From: Azolla caroliniana
Taxonomy: Eukaryota; Plantae; Polypodiophyta
Length of the DNA: 64,000 bases
Direction of reading: 5' to 3'
Assembly: GCA_043228905.1 (NCBI GenBank)
Contig: JBHGNT010000010.1
Coordinates: 14,012,001-14,076,000, forward strand
Below the pieces are notes generated by a model, which searched no databases, had not been told where the DNA came from, and saw only the letters and a list, made by a program, of their open reading frames with translations. Positions 39,168 to 50,293 of this stretch are shown here, in pieces; the stretch's first letter is position 1; each line of letters begins with the position of its first letter. The position numbers and the translations under genes were made by a program.

Positions 39168-40994
39168 TGTCATGAGCAATACTAAGACAGAGAAGTACTG
39201 TCAGGAACAATACTAAAACAGAGAAGGATTTAGTACTAAAAGATGAGGATTAGTACTAAGGGAGGTGTAGAACTCTCGAGAGAAGGAAAGAGAGAGAGAG
39301 AGAGAGATTGAGGATAACAAAAGATATATATTGTTGGGAGACAGGTCCCTCCGGATGGGAAGGGAGAAGAACAGTGCCGATGAACAAACTCGGCCGAGGC
39401 CGAAACCGTATGAGGTGGACCCGGCTACGGAGAGCCGGATGATGCAGACCCTGGTGAAGACCGGATGAGGAGTACCCGGCTACGGAGAGTCGGATGGTAC
39501 AGACCCGGTATGAACCGGATGAGGAGTACCCGGCTACGGAGAGCCGGATGATGCAGACCCGGTGAAAACCGGATGAGGAGTACCCGGCTACGGAGAGCCG
39601 GATGATGCAGACCCGATGAAGACCGGATGAGGAGTACTTGGCTACGGAGAACCGGATGAAGAGACATATTCGTAAATATGTTTTTTTGATAGTCCATCAA
39701 GGCTATATTTGTAAATAGCAGAAAAGTCATATTAGTATAAATATGACTTAGGGCAAACTAATAGTTGTTGTTGTTGTTGTTGTCATTTTCTTGTTGGTGC
39801 AAGAAGAAGAGAGAGCACGTAACAGTGTACAGAGAGAGAGAGAGAGAAAGAGGTCGTTGCCTCTATTGTAACCGCCACCTGTGGCGAAGATCGTGAGTCC
39901 GAGGTCGTTGCCTCCGTGAACTCACTGTTTTGTACATTCTTACATAGTGACAGTTTGCACCTTGTGGGCTGCCGTGGTTTTTTCCCCTAGTTTGGGGTTT
40001 TTCCACGTAAACCTCCTGTGTACCTTTTCTCTCCTTTGTGTTGCGTGTTTTTCGTTTCCTGTTTATATGTATGAAAAGAATCTCGGTTGTGGCCGAGCGT
40101 CATGAATAAGGAGCGTTGAGTTCCCGTCATATATTATGTTAAGGGAATATACAATAGTAGCTAGGAGGCTTAGGACTAGCGTTGAACCGATTTGGTTCGA
40201 AATAATGCCTTGTGCCTCCTTTTATAGTGTTCTCAGGAGTACTCCTGAAGTTTCTAGAATGTTCTAGAGAAATCTGGAATATACATCAATTTTCTATAGT
40301 AAAACTTAAATGAAAATAATATTTTTTATATTACAAAATATAGTCTAATGGTCAAGAGCTAGACCTATGTAACATAATGTCATGGGTTCGATTCTTGCCA
40401 TATCATGACACTATCCCCTCTTTAAAATGACGAGTGTCACGAGTCGTTTTGGATTGAGGACCCGGTTTGTTTGGATATCGACAATGGAAGTCTTCAAGAA
40501 GAGCACGAGCATTGGTCACATTCTCTATTGGTTCCCTAGTACGCTCGCTTGGACTATAGCCTAGCCAATTGGCTAAATAGTAGAGCTTGTTGCGAACAAT
40601 CTTGGAATCGAGGATGGCGGCAACCTCGTACTCGGGTCCATCATCAAGCTCAATCGGGGGTGGACATTGTTTAATACGACCTGGGATGGTGTTGTCTTGA
40701 TAGGGTTCGAGGAGATAACTATGAAACACCGGATATATCCGAAGTTGTGGAGGTAGATCGAGACGAAAAGCGACATCATTAATTTTTCGGATAATACAAA
40801 AAGGACCTAATCGCCGGTAATCCAACTTCTCACATGGGCGAGTAGTGGCGCAAGTAGTCTTGATGTGTTGTCGTAGTAGCCACACCCAATCTCCAATGTC
40901 AAAACTAGATGGAAGCTGATGACGATCCGTGTAAACCTTCTGTGTCTGTTGAGCTTGTTGTAGATGAGTAGACAAATCCGCTTGTATCTTACAT
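39168..40994 (-). mobile_element. Tcn1/sushi-like chromovirus 3' part (integrase C-terminus and chromodomain 40403-40975; 3' LTR 39168-40410)
   Basis: KLDYRRLGPF...IYPVFHSYLLEPY...EYEVAAILDSK...YLANWLGYS; LTR TGTCATGATA...CATGACA on the minus strand; PPT GAGGGGATAG. Confidence 0.85.
39332..40129 (+). mobile_element. Copia solo LTR inserted in the chromovirus LTR
   Basis: TGTTGGGAGACAGG...CCCGTCA; TSD TATAT (39327-39331/40130-40134); about 54-bp CCGG-rich tandem repeats. Confidence 0.93.
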
Positions 40995-43629
40995 TGTCGC
41001 GAAGATTGTGGTTGTGTGTCACAACCGCCGGGGTTCTATGACTCAGGGATGATCGGGGTGAAAACGCGTAATCGCTAATGGTGCGATGACAAGACGTCAA
41101 GAAAGCAAGATAAATGCGACATTGTCGCGAAAAGAATTTACTTGTAAAACAACCACTTACAATATTTATTTGCCATATTTGCCAAAAGTTACTTGACAAG
41201 ACTTGAACTCACAAACTCTATTTGAGAAGAAGCGTTTGAGATAGACCACTTCAATCTCTCTAGTTTCTATTTATTTGTCTTTCTCTTTCACTTTATATAT
41301 ACTAAATTTATATTACAAAATTTGATTACCAAAAGATGTTATTTGAAGAGGATTCAAACTCACGACCCTTAGTTTACAAAGAGGTGTTTGAGATACACCA
41401 CTTTAACTTCTTCCTTTTCTTGTATCCTCTTTCTTTTCTTTAACTCTTGTCTTGATTTACGCAGGCCACCATCTTCTTTGGCGAGCTCTGCATCCCATAC
41501 CCACGCGAGCTTCTTCACTCGCTTTTCCTTCTCCTCCTCCCTCTAGCCACCATAGGCGTGGCTTATATAGGGTGGTCAACCGCCCTACCACCCTCTTGAG
41601 GCGGTTGACAAACCGCCTCATGCAAGGCGGTTGTATTTTTATTTTTATTTTTATTTTATTTTATTTATTTATTGATGCTACAATTCAATTTTATAGTTCT
41701 ATATTTAAGAAATTATAGAAATGGCCCTTATTTAATTTTGACTCCCCCTTTTGACATAATTAGATTTTTGTCCCAAGTAACATTAATCCTTCCAAAGCTT
41801 GTATCTTGGGTTTCTGAACTCCGATTCACGAACCGAAAATTCCTTCATGCTCCTTGTCATAAGCTCCAGATGGGAAATGTACTTCTATAGATTTTTGACA
41901 TTGTTTTCACATCGTGAAGTGTCAACTTCACGACACCCACCCCCTCTAAACTTGCACACCTATGGGCGAGTTCACACCACTTCATTTTGATCCTCTTCGA
42001 AAAATTCTTCATCCTCATTTTCTATGAGACTAGGTTCGGTGTCTTCTCTTCTTTTAAAAATCTTTCTTCTTTTTCCCGCAATTGGTGTCTGGATCTCATT
42101 CCCATCCAACTCATTCAGGTAGTAGGTAGCCTTATCAGTCACCTTCCATACTTCATAAGGCCCAAACCACCGTTTTGCGAACTTCCTCATTGTACTGTAC
42201 TAGTTCTCGAGGCTACTATCCAGTACCAACACCCAGTCTCCTTCTTGAATATTTTGTGGTCTTAATCTATTTACTTTGTCAAATCTTGCTTTGTTCTTTA
42301 TCCGAGCTTCCTTCAATTTCTCAGTAGCCTTTTCTACATCTTCTGCTTGACATTGTAGTTGTCGGATACGAACTGCTAGCAAGTCTTCTCTACTCATCTC
42401 TGACTCCATGGTAGCATTGCCCATGTAGCAATCTTCTCTTCAATCGGATCATTGGCCTTTGTCCTGTCATAAGCTCTATCGGCATATATCCTGTCACCGA
42501 ACTATGTGTGGTCCTATCCGCCCACAATGCATATGGCAAGACCTTTGGCCAATTACCTACTTTGCCTTTACATGCTTTTGCAAGTGCTTTAACTATCGGG
42601 CTATGACCTCTTTCTATCTTTCCATTTGCCTCAGGATTATATGTTGTGGTCAATGATAAACGAATTCCAATTCTATCAAAGAACCCTCTTGCTTCATCAG
42701 AATTGAGCTCACCTCTATCAGCCACTATCTTCCCTATACACCCATACCTACATATTACATCCTCTAATATGAATTGACATACTGCCGATGTGGTCTTCGA
42801 TCTTAGTGCTCTTCCTTCAACTTGATTTGTAAGGTCTTCTCTAGCGAGTACCAAGAACTTCTTTTGACTTGCCCCCATTGGCATTGCCACTATATCAACC
42901 ATCCACTTGTAATGTATATTCGGTGAATAGGTTGAGTGCAACTCATCTCTATGCTTAATGTTGGAGTAGATTTGACAGGTTGGGCATGTCTCGACATACC
43001 TCTTGATTTCGTTGTAGAATCCTGACCACCAATATCTTTCCTTTATTTTACTAAATGTTGCCCAGACTCCTGTCATGATAACACTCACATCATGCATCGA
43101 AAGGATCATGACACTCACATTATGACTCGAAAGGATTTGAACCCACGACCTTGTTGTACACATGTCAAATCCTTAACCATTGTATTAATATTCTTATATG
43201 TATAGTCTCTAGAATATGAAATCTAATATCATAGGAATATTCTATATTACTCTACAATCTAGAATGACCTAGAATATTCTAGAGTGTTCTATACCACTAG
43301 AACCTTCTAGAATACTCTAGAGATATTCTAGATTACTCTACATTCTAGGATAACCTAGAATATTCGAGAGTGTTCTCTATTACTTATAAATAGGGATCTA
43401 CCACCCATCCCAAACCTAAATTGGTTCAACGCCATTTTATAGCCTACTCTTTGTAATCCATTTTACGCTTCAATATAATAATTCTCTTTCAATTATCTCT
43501 CCATCTCTTTTTCTCTCTTTTTCTCTCTCTCAGTCTTGACAGTTTGAACCAAGTTTTTTCCTTTCATCTCTTCGTCTTCCACAAACCCTAACAGGTTCTC
43601 TTCTTCCTTCTCCTCTCCCCTCGTAAGCT

Positions 43630-44769
43630 ATGGAGTCCGTGAGCAAACAAGAATAAATGTGTGTTCTTTCTGAGCTTGACATGCTCAAAAATAAATTTGT
43701 GGCATTAGAGCATGAGAATCAAAGGCTACTTGGAGATCTACAACACGTGAGCGCCGAAAAAGCTCAACAATATGAAGAGTTATCATAGCGGGTTCATCAA
43801 CTCGAGGCGACTATATTGTCATTACGAGAGCAAGCGTCGGGGGCTCAGAAGTCCCCTAGAGAGCCAAAGATCAGCCTCCCTGCCAAGTTTGATGGTACGA
43901 GGTCTTTATTTCGAGGCTTTTTGAATCAAGTTCGTCTAGTTATTCAGCTACATCCCAATCGGTATCCAACTGATGCTGCTCGTGTGGGGTTAGTGGGAAC
44001 TTTGCTATGCGGTACGACGTTAGCATGGTTCGCACCACTTCTCGAGAAGAAATCACCATTGCTAGAGGATTTCGAGGCATTTGTTAAAGAGTTTCAAGCT
44101 AGTTTCGGAGACACCAACAGCACTAGGACAGCGATAAACAAGATTCGAAGGCTCCGACAAGGAGATCGTCCCACGTCGTCTTATGCAGCCGATTTCCGTC
44201 TCTTGGCATGCGATATCCCTTGGGATGAGGCAGCTTTAATGGATCAATTCCGTCAAGGTTTGAGAAATGATGTAAAAGATCTTCTTCTTACTTTCCCTGA
44301 AGATCCGAAATCACTTACAGAAGCCATTAGTCGAGCTGTGCGATGTGATAATAGCCTAATTGAGCGACGTTCTGAGCGCCAACAAATGTTACACCGCCAA
44401 CCTGAGCAGACTTACACTTCCATCGTCGCAATGCATCCACAAGTTTCTAGACCCATTACAAGGTATGGCCCAACTCTGATGGAAATAGAGTCAACACAAC
44501 GTCGTGGGCTGTTATCAGATGCTGAGAAGCAACGACGTCGAGCGCATCGTCTCTGCCTGTATTGTGGCGGTCCAGGACATATAGTTGTAAATTGTCCACA
44601 TAAACCTAGGCGTCAAGTATACCAAGTAAGTGCCCATGAAAACCCTACATCGAGTTCTATTGTTACTTCTAATAACATAAATAAGCCTCATAGTCAATGC
44701 CATGAGAATAGATTCGATGTCTTGAGTCAATTAGAGGATGTCTTAAACGAGTATGTCCGGCCAAAATAG
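43630..44769 (+). pseudogene. PEG10/Tcn1-like gag (coiled-coil N-terminus, capsid domain, zinc knuckle); in-frame stop near 43786
   Basis: EPKISLPAKFDGTRSLFRGFL, LRQG..SSYAADF, CLYCGGPGHIVVNC. Confidence 0.85.
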
Positions 44770-47700
44770 GATCGAGTCCTAGCCTCTGCCCTTCTAGATT
44801 CTGGAGCCAACTCTTGTTTCATGGATCGTGAATTTTCCTTGTCACAAAACATCCTCTTGAATAAGCTTCCCAGCCCAGTAGCCGTAGGAGTCATTGATGG
44901 ACGTCCCATAGCATCAGGAGATATAGTCGAGGAGTCCGAGCCAATTAGGATAGTTCTTGGCAATTTGGCAAGCATAATCTCTTTCAACATTATTCGTAGT
45001 CCGGAACACCCAATAGTTCTAGGTCTCCCCTGGTTTGAACTCCATAACCTGAAGATTGATTGGATGAAAAGAACAATTGAGGAGACCCGGGAAAAAAGCA
45101 CAAACCCCGCATCCCTCTCTCCTACATGTGATAATAGATCCCTGGAGTTATCGCCCATCTCTTTACGACAATTGCGGGAGGAAGGGGGGAACGAGGCCAT
45201 GTTCATCTTCGCAATAATAGCAACTCCATCATCCACTTCACGTGAAGCAGATATTAAACTACCAGAGAAATACAAGGAGTTTTCAGATGTCTTTGATAAG
45301 GTGAAGGCCAATACATTGCCGGAGCATCGGCCATACGACTGCCCTTTTGACTTACAACCAGGGAAAGAACCTCCATGGGGCCCAATTTATAATCTCTCCC
45401 TTGTAGAGCTAGAGACTTTGCGGGAATATATTGATGAGAATTTGGCAAACGGATTCATTCGGCATTCTAGATCCCCTGTTGGTGCACCTATCTTCTTCGT
45501 TAAGAAGAAGAATGGGACTCTTCGGTTAGTTGTGGATTATCGAGGGCTAAACAAAGTGACTATCCGGAATAGATATGCTCTACCATTAATCCCGAATCTT
45601 TTGGAACGTCTCAGTGGTGCAAAATATTTCACGAAGTTGGACCTTCGCGGAGCATATAATCTAGTTCGGATTCGCCCAGGGGATGAATGGAAGATAGCTT
45701 TCCGCACTCGCTATGGACATTTTGAGTATACAGTGATGCCATTCGGTCTCACAAATGCACCTGCTGTTTTCCAACATATGGCGAACGATATTTTTCGAGA
45801 TTTTCTTGATATCTTCACTATAGTTTACCTAGATGATATTTTAATCTACTCAAAGACCCAAGAGGAGCATGATGAACATGTTCGTCAGGTACTACATCGA
45901 CTCCGAGAATATGGTCTCTACGCAAAATTAGAAAAGTGTAGTTTCGGCCAGAATCAAGTGGTATTGCTATGGACCCCATGAAGGTACAAGCAATTTTAGA
46001 GTGGCAAATGCCCCTTTCAATGCGTGATGTGCAATGTTTTCTCGGGTTTGCAAATTTTTATCGAAAATTTATTAAAGATTATTCCAAGGTTGTGCTTCCG
46101 CTTACTCAGCTCACACATAAAGATCGACCATTTATATGGAGTTCAGATGTAGCCGAGGCATTCGAAAGCTTAAAACGAGCATTTACAATGGCACCTATCT
46201 TAGCACATGTCGACCCAACAAAACGCTTCATCCTCGAAGCCGATGCATCCGATTTTGCACTAGGGAGTGTCCTCTTGCAGACTGGAGATGATGGACAACT
46301 ACACCCTGTCGCCTTTCATTCACGAAAGTTTGAAGCTGCAGAGATCAACTACGAGATCCATGACAAAGAGCTTCTTGCAATCGTGGATTCGTTTCAACAA
46401 TGGCGACATTTCCTAGAAGGTTCTTCTCAGCAGATCATTGTCTACAATGATCATAAGAACCTGACTTATTTCCAAAATGCTCGAGTCTTGAGTCGGCGAC
46501 AAGCCCGGTGGGCGCAATTTTTGACTCACTTTGACTTTATCATCATATATCGCCTTGGGATGCAGCAAGGCAAAGCAGATGCTCTTTCTCGGCACTCTTA
46601 TATGGAACTTCGTCTAGGGGAACCTGCATTTGAGCATCAAAAACAAATCCTTTTGGGTCCTAATCGATTACGATTAATGGTAGTTAAAGCCATAACAACT
46701 CTTGAAAATTCCACTCTTCTTAATTCCATTTGAGATCATATGGCCACTGATGATTTCGCCAAGGATGTTTTGGATCATATCGTCCCGGATCGTGCTTCTT
46801 GCTCACAGTCGAAAAATCCTCGTAATGACTATTGCCAGTTCTATTGGCATGGTGGTTTTCTATTTCGACAAAATTTATTGTATGTTCCTGATGGTCCCCC
46901 ACGGCTACAAGTTTTGCAACATTGCCATGACTCACCAATGGCTGGTCATTTTGGAGTTCACAAGACTCTAGAATTAATTTCTCGATGTTATTGGTGGCCT
47001 CGCATTCGTCATTTTGTTGAGGAGTATGTTCGGAGTTGTGATATATGTTGTCGATCAAAGAATACTCGTCACCGACCCTATGGCTTACTACAACCACTTC
47101 CCATTCCGGAAACTCCCTGGAAGTCTATATCCTTGGACTTCATTACTGATCTCCCAGTTTCAAAAGGTTTTGGTGCAATTCTCACAGTGGTTGATCGATT
47201 TACCAAAATGGCCCATTTCTTGCCATGCACAAAGTCGATTACTAGTCAAGAGGCGGTTGATCTTGTTATGCGGGAGGTATTTAAGCATCATGGTCTGCCA
47301 GATGATATTATTAGTGATCGTGGTCCACAATTCATCTCAAAGTTTTGGAAGCACCTGTTCAAACTTCTCCACATTTCAGTTAAGCTTTCTTCGGGCTATC
47401 ATCCTGAAACAAATGGCCAAACAAAGCGTACCAACCAGACATTGGAACAATATCTTCGTTGTCTCATCAACTATCAACATGATGATTGGGTTGCTTTTTT
47501 GCACTTGGCGGAATTCACTTACAACAACTGAGCCCATTCTTCTACAGGATATTCCCCATTTTTCGCAAATACGGGCTGTCATCCTTGGTGGACAATGAAT
47601 GCGCATCCAGAAGTTCCTACCAACCCTGCTGCCGAGGATCGTCTTAGTCACCTCCAAGAAATTCAAGCTAACATTCTCCACAATTTGCACAATGCTCAAT

Positions 47701-48233
47701 TTATACACAAGAGGCTTGCCGATCGTCATCGTCTAGACTCCTCAAAAAAGTTCCGCATTGGGGATCATGTATGGCTTCTCCAACACAACATCAAGACCAC
47801 TCGACCTTGCAGTAAATTCGATTACCAACGTTTTGGCCCTTACATGATCACTGATAAGATAAGTGATGTTGCATTTCGTCTTGACCTCCCTCCGCACATG
47901 CATCTTCATCCGGTGTTTCATGTATCCCTTTTGGAACCTTATACTACAAGTTCAATTCCAGGTCGTCTTACGACACCCCCACCACCTGTCGAGTTCTTGG
48001 ACGAGCCTGAATTTGAAGTTGCTGCCGTTCTCGATTCTAAAATCGTGCGCAACAAGCTGTATTACTTAGTCGATTGGCTAGGCTATACCCCCAATGATCG
48101 AACTTGGGAACCTGCCGCAAATCTTTCCAATGTTGCAGAACTCGTCAATGCATTTCATCGCCAATATCCTTGTAAACCAGGTCCTAATACAAACCCTACG
48201 ACCCGTGAGACGTGTCGTCGAAGAAGGGGATAG
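44770..48233 (+). pseudogene. pol: protease-RT-RNase H-integrase-chromodomain; frameshift near 45965, stops at 46731 and 47529
   Basis: ALLDSGA, VYLDDILI, EADASDFALG, SLDFITDLP, ISDRGPQF, EFEVAAVLDSK...YLVDWLGY...TWEP. Confidence 0.92.
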
Positions 48234-50293
48234 TGTCATGATAACACTCACATCATGCATCGAAAGGATCATGACACTCACATTATGACTCGAAAGGATT
48301 TGAACCCACGAACTTGTTGTACACATGTCAAATCCTTAACCATTGTATTAATATTCTTATATTAGCCTCTAGAATATGAAATCTAATATCATAGGAATAT
48401 TCTATATTACTCTACAATCTAGAATGACCTAGAATATTCTAGAGTGTTCTATACCACTAGAACCTTCTAGAATACTCTAGAGATCTTCTAGATTACTCTA
48501 CATTCTAGGATAACCTAGAATATTCGAGAGTGTTCTCTATTACTTATAAATAGGGATCTACCACCCATCCCAAACCTAAATTGGTTCAACGCCATTTTCT
48601 AGCCTACTCTTTGTGATCCATTTTACGCTTCAATATAATAATTCTCTTTCAATTATCTCTCTATCTCTTTTTCTCTCTCTTTCTCTCTCTTTCTCTCTCT
48701 CAGTCTTGACAACTCCACGGTGTCTAGCCCACTCCCTATCATGTAATTCCTTTAATATCTGCTCCCGTTGCACTTGGTCACAGATAACCCATTGTGGATT
48801 TCCCATTTTATACTTTGGGTGCTTCCAAAGGTAACCTTGGTGCAAGAAAAATCGGTGTGCCTTCTTTCGGAAATTTGAGAAGTTTCTCCCACTCCAAGTT
48901 CCTTCCTTCCATGGTGCTTGTAGATACTTCCCGATTTCCTTAAACTCTTCATTATACTCTTCTTCTTTAAACTCATGTTCTTCATGTGGCTCACCCCCTC
49001 TAATTGCATTTATGACCAAAGCTTATTCTTCTTCGTCGCTATCAGATTCTGCCACTTCTTCTTTTTCATATTTTGCTCTGGATAACATATCAGCCATTGC
49101 ATTCTTCTCGCCAGATATATGTCGAACATCTGGGTTGATGGTTTTGATGTAGATACACCACCTAAGCATTGCTTGGTCTAGAATATTGCAATTTGCAATA
49201 ATCCCCAGAATTGGCAACCAATCTGTCTCCACAATCACCTCAGCACCAACCAGATAGTCCCTATCCATCTTGATAGCAATGATTATCCCCCAGAGCTCTC
49301 TCTTCACTTGCGTATACTTTCATTGACGTCCGTTAAGTACCTTCGCACCAAATCGAATCGGATGTCTTTCTCCTTCCTCATCTTGTTGGCTTATTACCCA
49401 CCCGATTCCAATCAGACTTGAGTCAACTGTGAGGATAATTGGTTGGATGTAGTCAGGTTGTTTCAATGCAGGAGCTTTAGCCAGATTCTCCTTCAGTCTT
49501 TTAATTGTATTTGAGTGTTCTTCTGTCCACTCAAATGCTTCCCCTTTTCTTAATAGCCGATACAATGGATCTGATATGTGGGCATAATGTGGAATCCACC
49601 TGCAATAGAAGACACATGCACCCAAGAACCTCCGAACTTCAGATACAGAGTTGCATTCTTCTTTCATATTCTGTATTGCGTTGATCTTTGCTGGTGCTGG
49701 CTTTCTTCCATATGGCCCACACATATGTCCTACCACTAGTACTTCTTGAACCCCGAATATTGATTTTGGAGCCGAAAGTGTTAGGTGTACCTCCTCTAGT
49801 CTTGAAAGCACTTTATCACAATCTTCTATGTGATCCCTAATGAACTTCCGACATCCACTACTATCCAATTCTTCATTCTTCACTCTTTCCTCGCATCCTT
49901 TAATGGGTATATCATCCAAGAAAGGCATGGTTATGTGAGGAATAAAATCTCGGAGAACTTTGTGCATACCATTCATCATGTGAGCGACCGAGTTGGTCGC
50001 ACCTTGAGGTAGGGTACACATTCGAAGTAATCCAACAGGAGTCCTAATGGAGGTGATATCCCGACTACCGACCGCAAGCTGGAACTGGTCATAGCCGGAA
50101 TAGAGATCACCCATAGAGTAGATCGCTCTTCCAGCGAACATCTCTGCAAACTCATCTATTATCGGCCCTACTCCTGAATTCCGGATAGTAACTTGATTCA
50201 TAGGTTGCATGTCTTGAATGAATCGAAGCCCCCCATCCTTCTTTTGCACCGTAAACCATCTACTCGAGTATGGAGCATTTGATGGTTCCAAGA

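Larger units (their letters stand above)
43071..48711 (+). mobile_element. Tcn1/sushi-like chromovirus, full-length, with disrupted pol
   Basis: LTRs 43071-43541 and 48234-48711; TSD ACTCC (43066-43070/48712-48716); PPT GAAGAAGGGGATAG; no tRNA-type PBS. Confidence 0.96.

Noticed and set aside
39420-39660. CCGGATGAG...GAAA repeats in copia LTRs as hammerhead ribozymes or a CRISPR-like array
   Set aside because: The core is CGGATGA, not the required CTGANGA, and no stem II/GAAA arrangement is present. Units are whole tandem copies without unique spacers, and there are no cas genes.
40341-40400. Functional tRNA gene
   Set aside because: A and B boxes are present but there are no pairing acceptor or anticodon stems. 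It is reported only as a tRNA-like cassette.
44740-44790. Stop-codon readthrough between same-frame gag and pol
   Set aside because: The element is decayed and has other deletions. CTTAAAC just upstream suggests an ancestral -1 frameshift, so the shared frame may be accidental. This cannot be decided from one copy.
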